From contig OZ219787.1 in the NCBI GenBank assembly GCA_964291285.2, positions 2,080,001 through 2,144,000 of the forward strand: a stretch of DNA of 64,000 bases, in the 5' to 3' direction. A model generated the notes under the pieces. It ran no database searches. It worked only from the letters and a program-made list of their open reading frames with translations, and was not told the origin of the DNA. This stretch comes from Alphaproteobacteria bacterium. GTDB lineage: Bacteria; Pseudomonadota; Alphaproteobacteria; Bin95. The first letter of the stretch is position 1; each line of letters opens with the position of its first letter. The position numbers and the translations under genes were made by a program. Below are positions 10,311-19,240 of the stretch, one piece after another.

Positions 10311-10655
10311 TCAGTCCGCCAACCACATCGGTGCGACCAACGGCGGAATGCCGAGTACTCCCCACAATGCCCAGACCAGTACCCAGAAGCACAAAGCCCC
10401 TGTCGCGGGCACGACGACCTTCAACGCCCTGAACGGCCCTCCGGCGGCGCCGACGCCCTTCAGCCTCACCAACAGCCAACCGGACAGCCCAAGGGCGAAC
10501 ACAAGGCATATCAGGAAGAGAAACCAAACCGGCGACGGTCCCGGCCGCCACAACAGATCCTGCGTCATCCCGTGGTACTGCGCCGCAACACACGGCGCCG
10601 CCCCGGCAACGCATCCCGCCGCGAGCAGGCCGGCCATGCTTGCCCGCACCGTCAC
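10311..10655 (-). CDS. Small signal-peptide plus 2-TM protein, paralogue of 9939-10307
   Basis: YHGMTQDLLW motif; GTGA overlap with upstream gene. Confidence 0.6.
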   Translation of the reverse strand: MTVRASMAGLLAAGCVAGAAPCVAAQYHGMTQDLLWRPGPSPVWFLFLICLVFALGLSGWLLVRLKGVGAAGGPFRALKVVVPATGALCFWVLVWALWGVLGIPPLVAPMWLAD

Positions 10656-11638
10656 TGCGGTGCCCCTTCACCGAACCATTCCCCGAAGTCGGCGCCGATC
10701 GCCGATTGAATCCTTCCGTCCCCTCCCCTCATCAACGAGTAAGGAACGAACTCCGAGCCCGTCCGCTCGAACAGCCGCCGGTTGAGAGCCACGCCGCTAG
10801 CTGCATCCGCTTCCAGCGCCGGCCACTTGTCTTCGCTATCCAGAGTGAACCAGCCGCGCGCCCGGTCCTCCGAACCCAGCACCAGCGCCGCCATGACCTC
10901 AGCCTCGGCGCCGCGCGCGCCCACCGGCACCACCCGCAACCTGATCTCGCCCGCCAGCGCCCGCCTCGCGAGCTCCGCCACCGCTGCCCGCGAGGGCAAG
11001 CAGCTCGGATCGGCAAATATCGCGACCTGCGGCCCGCTCTCCCCGAGGTCGAACCCCTCCACCACCAGCGCCATCTCGAAAATGCCTGGCAACGAGGCCG
11101 ACACAGACGAGACCTTGCCACCTGAAACCCTGCTCGCCCCCTCGGCCGGCGCTTGCCTCACCTCCGCCAGCAGCGCCCGGTAAGTATCTCCGGGCTTTGT
11201 ATGACTCTGCGCCCGCGTTTGCTCGCTCACAGCCCGAACAGGCGAAGCTTCCAGGTCCGCGTCCCCAGGATTCCGTCCCTGTCCCCGCTGCCCCTGCTCC
11301 GCACCCCCAACGGCCGGTCTCTCCCGGAACCCTGCAATCTGCCGGCCCGTCACCTCACTGCCGTCTGGAGAGAACAGCAGACCCATCACCCCGTAGCCGC
11401 TCCCGTCCACGTAAAGCGTGTAGGGCCGCTGGCCGCGGGGCGTGACCAGCCACCCCTCGAGCGCTCCCCTCCGACCCAGCGGCTTCACCTCCGCCCCGTT
11501 CGCCCGAAGCCCTGCCACAAGCGAACCGCCCGCCTCCTGGCCCAATGCCGTTTTCGTATCCATCGACCATCCGATCATTGCGGCGCCCAGCACGCCCGAA
11601 ACCGCCCAGGCGCGGGCTTTCTTCGCGCGCAGCTTCAT
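10652..11638 (-). CDS. DsbG/DsbC-like periplasmic thioredoxin-fold protein with CxxS site
   Basis: N-terminal dimerisation-type segment (LEGWLV..LYVDGSGYGVMGLLFSPDG), IFADPSCLPS, LRVVPVG, N..LF...G...VP. Confidence 0.7.
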   Translation of the reverse strand: MKLRAKKARAWAVSGVLGAAMIGWSMDTKTALGQEAGGSLVAGLRANGAEVKPLGRRGALEGWLVTPRGQRPYTLYVDGSGYGVMGLLFSPDGSEVTGRQIAGFRERPAVGGAEQGQRGQGRNPGDADLEASPVRAVSEQTRAQSHTKPGDTYRALLAEVRQAPAEGASRVSGGKVSSVSASLPGIFEMALVVEGFDLGESGPQVAIFADPSCLPSRAAVAELARRALAGEIRLRVVPVGARGAEAEVMAALVLGSEDRARGWFTLDSEDKWPALEADAASGVALNRRLFERTGSEFVPYSLMRGGDGRIQSAIGADFGEWFGEGAPQ

Positions 11639-12270
11639 CGCTCCGCCTCCCCGAACCCGCGTTGCAGATACCGCTGGCGCCGGCCGCTCTCGTCCAAACG
11701 CCAGCCCCACCAGCCGACCCCAAACGGAACGACTTCCCGGACCTTCCCACCCCGTCTCGACTGGACGGTCCCTGTCCAGAACCCGTCCATCGAGCCACAG
11801 ACGATCGCGGACACCGGCCCCAATGCCGCGCACACCGCAAACAGCGGATTGGTCAACTGCGACGCGTCCCGGAAGGCTGACTGAATCAGGACCAGTCCCC
11901 CTTCGAACGTCATCGCCGGATCGCCGACCTCTTCGAACCACGCCGCGATAGTTCCCAGAACCGTCAACCCGAACCCGACCAGTGCGCCGACCGCCAGAAA
12001 AACCAAGGGCGGGCGAATGTCCTCCCACGCCATGAAACGAGCCAATCCGCGATCGAACATCCGCCCCCTTCCGCCATGCACCCGACGTCCGGCACCCAGA
12101 CCCGCTACGAACGCAAGCCCATACGCTCCCGCCATCCAGACCGGCGACACCTGAAAACCCGACACGATCAGTCCCCACGTCATCAGCAGGACGCTCCGCC
12201 TGAAGGAGAGCCCCACATGCCGCCGCTCGAACGGGCTCGGCAGGCCCTCCCCTGCACCTTTCACGCCCAT
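11635..12270 (-). CDS. Hypothetical multi-TM membrane protein (DGxW..RRG family)
   Basis: About four hydrophobic segments; coupled to both neighbours (alternative GTG at 12264). Confidence 0.6.
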   Translation of the reverse strand: MGVKGAGEGLPSPFERRHVGLSFRRSVLLMTWGLIVSGFQVSPVWMAGAYGLAFVAGLGAGRRVHGGRGRMFDRGLARFMAWEDIRPPLVFLAVGALVGFGLTVLGTIAAWFEEVGDPAMTFEGGLVLIQSAFRDASQLTNPLFAVCAALGPVSAIVCGSMDGFWTGTVQSRRGGKVREVVPFGVGWWGWRLDESGRRQRYLQRGFGEAER

Positions 12271-12371
12271 GCCACCGCCCCCAGAAACAGCACCGTCCCG
12301 GCCACAACCGCCAACGCCACCAGGCGCGAGCCCGCAACCACCTGCATCACCCTCACGGTCTTTGCCTTCAT
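12261..12371 (-). CDS. 36-aa single-TM microprotein
   Basis: MKAKTVRVMQVVAGSRLVALAVVAGTVLFLGAVAWA; GGAGG RBS; TGA overlaps next GTG. Confidence 0.5.
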   Translation of the reverse strand: MKAKTVRVMQVVAGSRLVALAVVAGTVLFLGAVAWA

Positions 12372-12387
12372 TCGCTCGCCTCCGTCC

Positions 12388-13218
12388 CTATCGCGCGCCT
12401 TCCAGCACAACATCCGGATGCAATCCGTTCCCGTCCTCACGGCGACCCAGATATTCTTCTGGCCCGCCGCGCCCTCGAGCGGCGTTCCCCTCTTCCTCCA
12501 GGCCGGGGGGCGCCAGCATTGGAGGACGCTCAATAACGGCCGGCGCCTCGACCATCCCCATCGCCGGATTCGCTTCCCGGCCTCCACGAGGCAACCGCGT
12601 CCCCGGCTGTTCCACTCGCCCTTGCACCCCACTCACCGGTACCCTCCCGGCAGTACCGTCCCCCCTCCAGGCGACATCCACACTCACGAACCCGAGCGTC
12701 ACCGCCCCCGCGCCGAAGGCCGCGAGCATCGTCAACACCCACAGCGCGCACAGCACCGCAACGCCCGAACGGCGCGGGATCGGATCCCGAACAGACGCCA
12801 CGCCCCGCAGGAAGGTCAGGTGCTCCCGGACCCACCCGAAATCCCTGTGCTGACGGTCCAGCAGCAGTTCCACATCGTCCTTCCGCGCCAGGTCCCCCGG
12901 GACATTTCGAATCCCTGCCAATCCCGCCGTCACCGCGAGCAGCCGGTCCCGGACCCTGTCGAACTCCCCGCGCCACGCCGCCGCCTGCGCGTTCACGTCC
13001 CGCCGGTCCGGAACCTTGTCGACCAGCTCCGCCAGCAGCCTTTCGATGAGGCGAATCCTGTCCTCCAGCCGGTGCAACCGCCCCGACAGAGTCTCCCGAT
13101 GTTCGATATCCCAGGGGGACAGCTCCCTATCGTCCTGGACTCCCCCCTCGTCCAGGTCCCCCGGCACCAACAGCCCGCCCGGCCCGGTCCCGAACGTCCT
13201 CCCGCTCTCGTCCGTCAT
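12388..13218 (-). CDS. Hypothetical coiled-coil protein with one TM segment
   Basis: Heptad-like stretch LHRLEDRIRLIERLLAEL, TM VAVLCALWVLTMLAAFGAG; ATG overlaps upstream TGA. Confidence 0.6.
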   Translation of the reverse strand: MTDESGRTFGTGPGGLLVPGDLDEGGVQDDRELSPWDIEHRETLSGRLHRLEDRIRLIERLLAELVDKVPDRRDVNAQAAAWRGEFDRVRDRLLAVTAGLAGIRNVPGDLARKDDVELLLDRQHRDFGWVREHLTFLRGVASVRDPIPRRSGVAVLCALWVLTMLAAFGAGAVTLGFVSVDVAWRGDGTAGRVPVSGVQGRVEQPGTRLPRGGREANPAMGMVEAPAVIERPPMLAPPGLEEEGNAARGRGGPEEYLGRREDGNGLHPDVVLEGAR

Positions 13219-13862
13219 CAGCGATCGCCTCCCGCCCGCCAAATGTGTTTCAACGCCATCGAGGCGCCGTCTTCCGAGAGCCTCCCCGCCGGCGCATCCG
13301 GAACGTCGCCGAGCGCCGCAAACAGCGCCGCCACTGCCTCCTCGAACGTGACCGCCCGAAAGACCCGCCCGTCATGAACCCGGTAGTGCCGGTCCGTGCG
13401 CCACACGACTTCGACGCCGGCACGCGCGCTCCAGCGCGACATGACCGAGCGCAGCGTCTCCTCTGACCACACCCGCCAGTCCGAAGCGCCCACCCGCGCC
13501 GTCGCAAACTCGATTTCGCCCTCGCGTACACCGGCAGGACGGATATGCAGCTCGTCCCCGAAACGCCGCCACGCCAGGCCCGCATCGAACAGCAGGGACC
13601 GCCAGTCGCCATGCACCCGTTCTACCGGACGGCCGCCCTCCACCCTCCGATCCCAGCGCAGCTTCACGCCGACCGGGCCGAGCCTCGCCGCCGTTTCTGC
13701 AAGCGACGTCTCGTCCGGTGCCTGCAGCAGCACGCCCTCTCGCAGCCCGGGCTCAAATTCGAACCCGGCACTCGCCGGCATCCCGCCTATCGCCCCTAGA
13801 GCCAGTGCAAGTCCGCAAACCGCCGATAGCGGTCGAGGAAGAGCGCGCGCCGGCCCCGGCAG
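13218..13862 (-). CDS. TcpQ-domain (PilL-like) periplasmic protein; start uncertain (ATG 13781 or an upstream non-canonical start)
   Basis: WRVWSEETLRSVMSRWSARAGVEVVW...Y....F...FEEAVAALF. Confidence 0.65.
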   Translation of the reverse strand: MPGPARALPRPLSAVCGLALALGAIGGMPASAGFEFEPGLREGVLLQAPDETSLAETAARLGPVGVKLRWDRRVEGGRPVERVHGDWRSLLFDAGLAWRRFGDELHIRPAGVREGEIEFATARVGASDWRVWSEETLRSVMSRWSARAGVEVVWRTDRHYRVHDGRVFRAVTFEEAVAALFAALGDVPDAPAGRLSEDGASMALKHIWRAGGDR

Positions 13863-14068
13863 CTCGCCGCCCGCACCCGCCTTATCGCCGCCTTCAGCCG
13901 GTAACCCCGTTTCTCCGCGATCCGGAATCCCGCAAACGCCAGCATCAACAGCACCGTCGTCGCAATGTTCGGCCAGAACAGCCAGGCGAATGTCAAAACC
14001 GCCAGCCGGGCGTCGAACCCCCAGATCCGGACCGCCCGCGCGCTGTCGCGCCAGACGACCTGCTCCAT
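13796..14068 (-). CDS. icmT: IcmT/TraK
   Basis: 90 aa; WRDSARAVRIWGFDAR...EKRGY...AIRRVR. Confidence 0.85.
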   Translation of the reverse strand: MEQVVWRDSARAVRIWGFDARLAVLTFAWLFWPNIATTVLLMLAFAGFRIAEKRGYRLKAAIRRVRAASCRGRRALFLDRYRRFADLHWL

Positions 14069-14086
14069 GCCCGCCTCCCCGAAGCC

Positions 14087-15211
14087 TCACCGCCGCTCTC
14101 CCGAAATGCCGTGCGAGGCCCTGATGCGCGCCAGGTCCATCGCCCCGATCCGCCCCTCGGCAGCGACTCCCTCGGCCTGCGCTACCAGGCCCTGGTCCTT
14201 CTCGCGCAACGCCTCCGATATCCGCCGCGGCCAGAGCCGGCGCTCCATGTCGAGCAGCCCGGCCTTCAGCTCGGCATCGAACACCAGCCATTCCCGGATT
14301 GCCGTCCTGCCGCCCTTAGGGTTCGGCAGCAGCACCTGCGTCACGACCAGGTTCAGCATGTCCACCAGCGCCGCGCCGCGCTCATCCCGCTCCTCTTCGC
14401 GAAACTCGCTCAGCATCCGGCGAATGGTGTTCGCCACCCCGATCGTGTGCGTCGTGCTGTAAACCGCGATGCCGAAATCGGCCGCATTGATCGCCGCCTC
14501 GACCGTCTCCCGGTCGCGCGCCTCGCCCACGACCACCGCCGCCGGCCGCCGGCGAAGGCTCGCCCGCAAACCGTCAGCGAAGCTCTCGAAATGCCGCGGG
14601 ATCTCCGAGCTCGACATCAGGCTCGCCCCGCTCGTCTCAACACCGTCGAACACGAACTCGATCGGCGCCTCGTAACTCTGGATGCGGCCCGCGCCCGTCT
14701 CGAGAAGACGCCGCGTCCCGGCCGCCAGCAATGTGCTCTTGCCGCTCCCCGGAACACCCGTCACCAGGTTCAGCCCCGTGCAGGCCTCCAGCGCCGCGAC
14801 GATCTCATCCTCGATCTGCAGTTCGTCCAGCGTCGGGGGATCGCCCGGCAGAAGCCGCATCGTGATGTTGATGCCGAACCCGTGCCTCACCTGGACCGGA
14901 GAGAGATTGCAACGGAACCTGATAGCCTCCCCGCGCCGGATGCTCGCCGCATGGCCGCAGTCCACCGCGCGACCCGACCGCAGAACCCCGTCCGCCGTCT
15001 CCCGCCCGATCGCCCGCGCGATCCTCTCGACCGTCGTGCCGTCCAGCAGCGCTCCCGTCGCCTGCCGCACCCGCCCGTCCACCTCGATCAACGCCGTCGC
15101 CTGCGTCTGGAACGAAACATCCGATGCGCGCTCACCCCACGCCCACCGCAGGAAATCGTCCAGCTGCTCGACCGGAAACGCATGCTCGCCGGGGGACCAC
15201 AAGCCAGTCAT
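14087..15211 (-). CDS. dotB: DotB/TraJ PilT-like secretion ATPase
   Basis: ASD, GVPGSGKST, YEAPIEFV, LRRRP..VVVGEARDRET, STTHT. Confidence 0.92.
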   Translation of the reverse strand: MTGLWSPGEHAFPVEQLDDFLRWAWGERASDVSFQTQATALIEVDGRVRQATGALLDGTTVERIARAIGRETADGVLRSGRAVDCGHAASIRRGEAIRFRCNLSPVQVRHGFGINITMRLLPGDPPTLDELQIEDEIVAALEACTGLNLVTGVPGSGKSTLLAAGTRRLLETGAGRIQSYEAPIEFVFDGVETSGASLMSSSEIPRHFESFADGLRASLRRRPAAVVVGEARDRETVEAAINAADFGIAVYSTTHTIGVANTIRRMLSEFREEERDERGAALVDMLNLVVTQVLLPNPKGGRTAIREWLVFDAELKAGLLDMERRLWPRRISEALREKDQGLVAQAEGVAAEGRIGAMDLARIRASHGISGERR

Positions 15212-15921
15212 GGCTTCACCTCCGGCGCTTGCTGCCTTATGACAATCCAGAAAGCCCGCAACAGCGAGCATCGCCGCTCGCGTGACACCACAACCAACAC
15301 CGGCCCGTCACTGATTCCCCCGACCAATCCGCCAAACGAAATCGCCGCCGCCCCCACCTCCAGAACAACCGGCGGTCCAAACACAAGCCCGCCAAAACCC
15401 AACAGAAGCAAGGTCAACCGGACTTCCATGAATGCGATGCCTGCATCGCCGATATCGCCCTGTCCAGACACCCTCGCCGCAACTATCGTCACGCCGACCG
15501 CAAGCAGGTATCCGCCGATGAACACCCCAAAATTCAGCCAGCCGGCCCCGCCCAACGCCCCGCAACCGGCCAAAATGCCAGCCGAGAACGCTGTCAGCGC
15601 AAGTGAGCCCGCGAAGTCGTGACCGAGTCCCAGGCGTTCGTCGCCAACGCCTACCAGATCGCCTGGATTGTCGGCCTCGTGATCGCCATGACAGCCGTAA
15701 CCCTGTTCATGTTGACCTTCAGACCTGACGAGACCCGAATTCTCCCGAGGCTCGGTCGCTACCACTTCTGGATCTTCATGATCTTGATGTTCGGCATCCT
15801 GCTCACCCTGCCCCACTGGCTGGACGTCGGCCCGCCCACCGTTTACCGGTTCTGATTCCTCGCGCCGCAGGACATCCAGTGTTACCGACGGCACACCTGT
15901 GACCTTCTGCTTACCCCTCAC
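15208..15921 (-). CDS. Hypothetical protein: hydrophilic N-half, about 4-TM C-half (DGxW..RRG family)
   Basis: GTG overlaps the dotC TGA and its TGA overlaps the dotB ATG; N-half is antisense to 15619-15855. Confidence 0.5.
   Translation of the reverse strand: MRGKQKVTGVPSVTLDVLRREESEPVNGGRADVQPVGQGEQDAEHQDHEDPEVVATEPRENSGLVRSEGQHEQGYGCHGDHEADNPGDLVGVGDERLGLGHDFAGSLALTAFSAGILAGCGALGGAGWLNFGVFIGGYLLAVGVTIVAARVSGQGDIGDAGIAFMEVRLTLLLLGFGGLVFGPPVVLEVGAAAISFGGLVGGISDGPVLVVVSRERRCSLLRAFWIVIRQQAPEVKP
15619..15855 (+). CDS. 78-aa 2-TM protein nested antisense in the tra operon
   Basis: Strong G/C third positions, two clean hydrophobic helices. Confidence 0.55.
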   Translation: MTESQAFVANAYQIAWIVGLVIAMTAVTLFMLTFRPDETRILPRLGRYHFWIFMILMFGILLTLPHWLDVGPPTVYRF

Positions 15922-16784
15922 GGCCCCGCCTCCGCCCATATCGGCAGACCCACTTCGGTATCGCTGCCTCCGGACCGGTACACGAACCCGCGCCACTCCC
16001 GAGCCCGCACCTGAAGCTCCGCAGGCCGCCCGAGGCGAACCAGCGTCTCGCCGACCCGCATCACCTGACCGTCGCCGGCCGTCGCTGACCGGCTCACCTC
16101 GATACTGGGGGCGCCCACCATTCGCGCCGCATGAAGCGTGCCCCAGCGCGCAATCCCTTCCAGCAGCGCATTCAGGCGGTCCAGGTCGGCCGCGAAGATC
16201 GCGTCCGCCTGGGCCACACCCTCATGCCAGCCCTCGGCAATCCAGCGCGCCCAGTCGGCCTTCTCCCGCTCATTCCGGGGGAACAGTACCGATACCGGAG
16301 GCTCCGGAACCCGCCAGCGACGCACCAGATAGTCCCGCCAGTGCGGCGGCGCCGTCGCCAGCCGCTCCGGCTCCACGATCCGCACCACCCGCGCCGCCGA
16401 GGCCGCGCGCCGTCCGTCCCTGCCGAGCCGCACCGCCTGCCGCGTCTCGCCCACCACCGGAGGCACCAGCGTGAACCCGTGCCGGGTCTCGGTCAGACGC
16501 CGGAACCCGTAAAGACGGTCCAGGCTCGCCGCGTGCTTCGCGATGACGGTCCGCTCGATCTCCCAGGAGCGCCACGCCAGACCGCCCTGCGCCCCGAAGG
16601 CCAAAGCGGCCGTGCGCATCGCCTCCCGGCGCTTCTCCTCCCCAAACTCCAATCCCAGATCTGCGCCAGGCCTTGTTTCCAGCAAGCCCGCCAGATCGGG
16701 CGGCGAGGAGTCTTCCGCCCCTCCTGAGAGCGGAACCAGAAGCACGGCTAGGGCCGCAAGGAGGAGGCGCAGGGCCTGCATCAC
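15918..16784 (-). CDS. dotC: DotC/TraI
   Basis: AALAFGAQGGLAWR, LDRLYGF, PPVV, PPHWRDYL, GWHEG..QA..IF...LDRL. Confidence 0.92.
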   Translation of the reverse strand: MMQALRLLLAALAVLLVPLSGGAEDSSPPDLAGLLETRPGADLGLEFGEEKRREAMRTAALAFGAQGGLAWRSWEIERTVIAKHAASLDRLYGFRRLTETRHGFTLVPPVVGETRQAVRLGRDGRRAASAARVVRIVEPERLATAPPHWRDYLVRRWRVPEPPVSVLFPRNEREKADWARWIAEGWHEGVAQADAIFAADLDRLNALLEGIARWGTLHAARMVGAPSIEVSRSATAGDGQVMRVGETLVRLGRPAELQVRAREWRGFVYRSGGSDTEVGLPIWAEAGP

Positions 16785-17302
16785 CTGCCCGGTCCCTCAG
16801 AACGAGGCTCCTCGAACCAGTCGAGACGCACGGTCATGCGGCCGGCGTCCACGGTCAGAAGCGCGCGGTCGGCCGCCTGCATGCCGGCATCCCTGAAGAT
16901 GTGTATGAGCGGCGCGTCCCTCGCCTCGATCTCGACCAGCACCGGCGCCGGCGGAGGATGTCCCGCCGTCACCAGCGCATAGCCCGCGCCCGCCGCCAGC
17001 TGTCGCGCCAGTTCCTCGAGTGGCCCGATGTAATCCATCGACACGCGCAGCAGCAGTTCCGGCGGCACGTTGCTGGGCATGTCCGGAGCCCTGAGATCCG
17101 CCCCGGCCGAACGCACCTCCGCGAGCACAGCCAGCGACAGCTCCGCGCGAGTCACCGCCTCCGCAATACGCGCTTCAGCGGGATCCATGACCGAGCCGTT
17201 GCCCTCCTTCGGCACCGGGTCCCGCCCGAAATCCAGCGTCTGGCAGCCGGCAAGGGCCAGCGCGCCGACCAGGAACGCGCCCGCCGTCGCGCCGACGCTC
17301 AT
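16781..17302 (-). CDS. dotD: DotD/TraH lipoprotein
   Basis: Lipobox LAGC; SMDYIGPLEELARQLA...GY...G.PPPAPVLV...RDAGMQA. Confidence 0.9.
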   Translation of the reverse strand: MSVGATAGAFLVGALALAGCQTLDFGRDPVPKEGNGSVMDPAEARIAEAVTRAELSLAVLAEVRSAGADLRAPDMPSNVPPELLLRVSMDYIGPLEELARQLAAGAGYALVTAGHPPPAPVLVEIEARDAPLIHIFRDAGMQAADRALLTVDAGRMTVRLDWFEEPRSEGPGR

Positions 17303-18261
17303 TGCCCCGCGCTCCCGAGGTCGCGCACCACGAGCCACTTGTTGGGATAGGCCGTTGCCGTGAGCGTCCTGCGCATCGGAGAAATCGCCAGCAGCGCGTC
17401 TGCCGCCGCCAGGAACCCGGCCTCCTCCGTCTCGCCGGCTGGAAACTCTGCCGCCGCTCCCACCTTGAACCGGCGCTCGCTCTTCCACGCCAGCTGCCAA
17501 CCGGCGCGGTCCGCCCAGGCGCGCAAGACGTCCTCGACCGTGCCGTTCCTCTCCGGATCTACCGTCCATCCTGTCTCTCCTGGCGGTTCCGCTTGCGCCG
17601 GACCGGCTTCCTCTTGTCCTTCCACCGCCGCGACAGCACCGGCAGCCACTGCCCGTCCACCAGGCTCCAGCTCCCCCGGAACGCCGACCGCCACACGCCC
17701 CTGCGCAGCCTCTCCCTCTGCATCGCCGTCCTCCTTGTCCGTAAGGGCAGCAAGAACGCCCACCGCGATCCCGCCCGGCATCCGTTCCGGGCGCCGCTGC
17801 TCGATATCGCCGTAGCGGTAGAAAACGAGCCGTCCGTCTTCCCAGCCCCAGTCGTACCCCGAGAGCCGGGCGAGCTCGTCCAGTACCTCGGGAACCGTCC
17901 CCCGCATGGAAAGGCCGAACGGAACCGCCGGCTCCAGAACGACATCGCCGTCCAGCACGCGGCCTGGACGGTCCTGAAGCACCGCCTTCACCCCGGCCCG
18001 GTCCGCAACCAGTCCCGCCAGCTCCCGGAAGGGCAGGGGGGCCAGCTGCTTGACCTCGATCTCCCGCTCGGCAATCTCCGCAGGCAGGGCTTTCGACGGC
18101 GCCACGATCGTCACCGTCGCCGCCATGGGCGCCGCCGCCCAGGAGTTCCGCTGACCGTCCTGGGCCGCCGCCACGGAAACACACCCCAGCAGCACGGCAA
18201 GCAACAGCGCCGCCTCCAGCGACATGTCGACGATCCGCCGGCGACGCCGGCATTTACTCAC
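17299..18261 (-). CDS. Secreted protein: secretin-N-like domain fused to a TcpQ domain (PilL-like)
   Basis: Signal peptide; GTVPEVLDELARLSGYDWGWEDGRLVFYR; TVEDVLRAWADRAGWQLAW...F. Confidence 0.6.
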   Translation of the reverse strand: MSKCRRRRRIVDMSLEAALLLAVLLGCVSVAAAQDGQRNSWAAAPMAATVTIVAPSKALPAEIAEREIEVKQLAPLPFRELAGLVADRAGVKAVLQDRPGRVLDGDVVLEPAVPFGLSMRGTVPEVLDELARLSGYDWGWEDGRLVFYRYGDIEQRRPERMPGGIAVGVLAALTDKEDGDAEGEAAQGRVAVGVPGELEPGGRAVAAGAVAAVEGQEEAGPAQAEPPGETGWTVDPERNGTVEDVLRAWADRAGWQLAWKSERRFKVGAAAEFPAGETEEAGFLAAADALLAISPMRRTLTATAYPNKWLVVRDLGSAGQ

Positions 18262-19238
18262 GCTCGGCACCGAAGGCCCCCACAATTCCGTTCTGCTCGA
18301 AAACACCGGCGACCTCTGCCCGGGCCGGACCGGAAAAAACCCCGGATGCGGTTGCCGGCCACGCCCGCGTCGAACGCCATCCTCGCCGTCACGTCGAACT
18401 CCGGCTCCGCGTCCGGCGGCGGCGGACCCTCAACCACGACCTCAGTCCTGGTCACATCGAACAGGCTGACCGGCACATTCGCGAACCTGGCATCCGCAAT
18501 CGACGCTCCGGTCGAGACGTTCACCATCCCGGTAAACGCCGCATCGATCCGTCCGACGACATCGCCGTCTTCGGCATCGTCGCCCAGCGCCTCGATCGAC
18601 CGGAAGGTCAGCTCAGCGACGCCCTGCAGACGCCCGTCCGAAAACCCGCCGGCCTCCGTCACCCCGACCATCCGGCCTCGCCAGGTCGCCGTGACATCCT
18701 GACCCTCGGCGACCTCCGTCAGCGTCCCTAACGCCAGCCCGTAGCGGAACTCGCGAAGGTCCTCGCCCATGCCGTCGCGTTCCAGGAGAACTCCGAACCC
18801 GCTGTGGCGCATCCATCCGCCCCAACTCTCCGCATCGAGGTCCGAGGCCGACACGACATCGATTCCGTCCATCCGCTCGAGAACACCGGCGCTTGCGAGT
18901 TCGTCTGCATTGCCAATCCCGATTCTGCCGCTGCCCGACCCCGAACAGCCCAGGCCCGAGCACCCGACGTCATGCGCTTCGCTTGCGCCGAACCCTCTCT
19001 CCTCATGCACGCTGGTCGCGACCAGCGCATCCGCGCCTGCCACAACCGCGGCCGCCCACACCGACGCCGATGCCCTCTCCATGCCCGGAGACCCAACCGC
19101 CGGCGGGCCCGGCTCCGGTCCTGCCTCTCCGATCCTCGACCCGGGACGCGACGGCCCCTCGTCACCGCCGCAAGCGGACAGGACCGCACCGCAAACCAAC
19201 AGGACCGCGGCCAGACCCCCGTATCTCGATCCGGACAT
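18254..19238 (-). pseudogene. TbpB-barrel-like surface lipoprotein, frameshifted near the C-terminus
   Basis: Lipobox LSACGG; WGGWMRHSGF; ATWRGRMVG; conserved tail FSGPARAEVAGVFEQNGIVGAFGAERE* lies in a different frame after a G4T6 run (18334-18343). Confidence 0.7.
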
Positions 19239-19240
19239 CC

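Noticed and set aside
15619-15855. IcmV assignment from the RYHFW match
   Set aside because: Five-residue match only, opposite strand, too short and lacking the following IcmV-like residues
1-17302. Legionella-style effector translocation system
   Set aside because: No IcmS/W/Q/R or eukaryotic-like effectors seen; short DotG, traV/traW-like genes and the linked pilus fit conjugation better, though this cannot be settled from the window
18334-18343. Programmed -1 frameshift at G GGT TTT
   Set aside because: The conserved tail needs a +1 (or -2) shift; a -1 slip would not restore it
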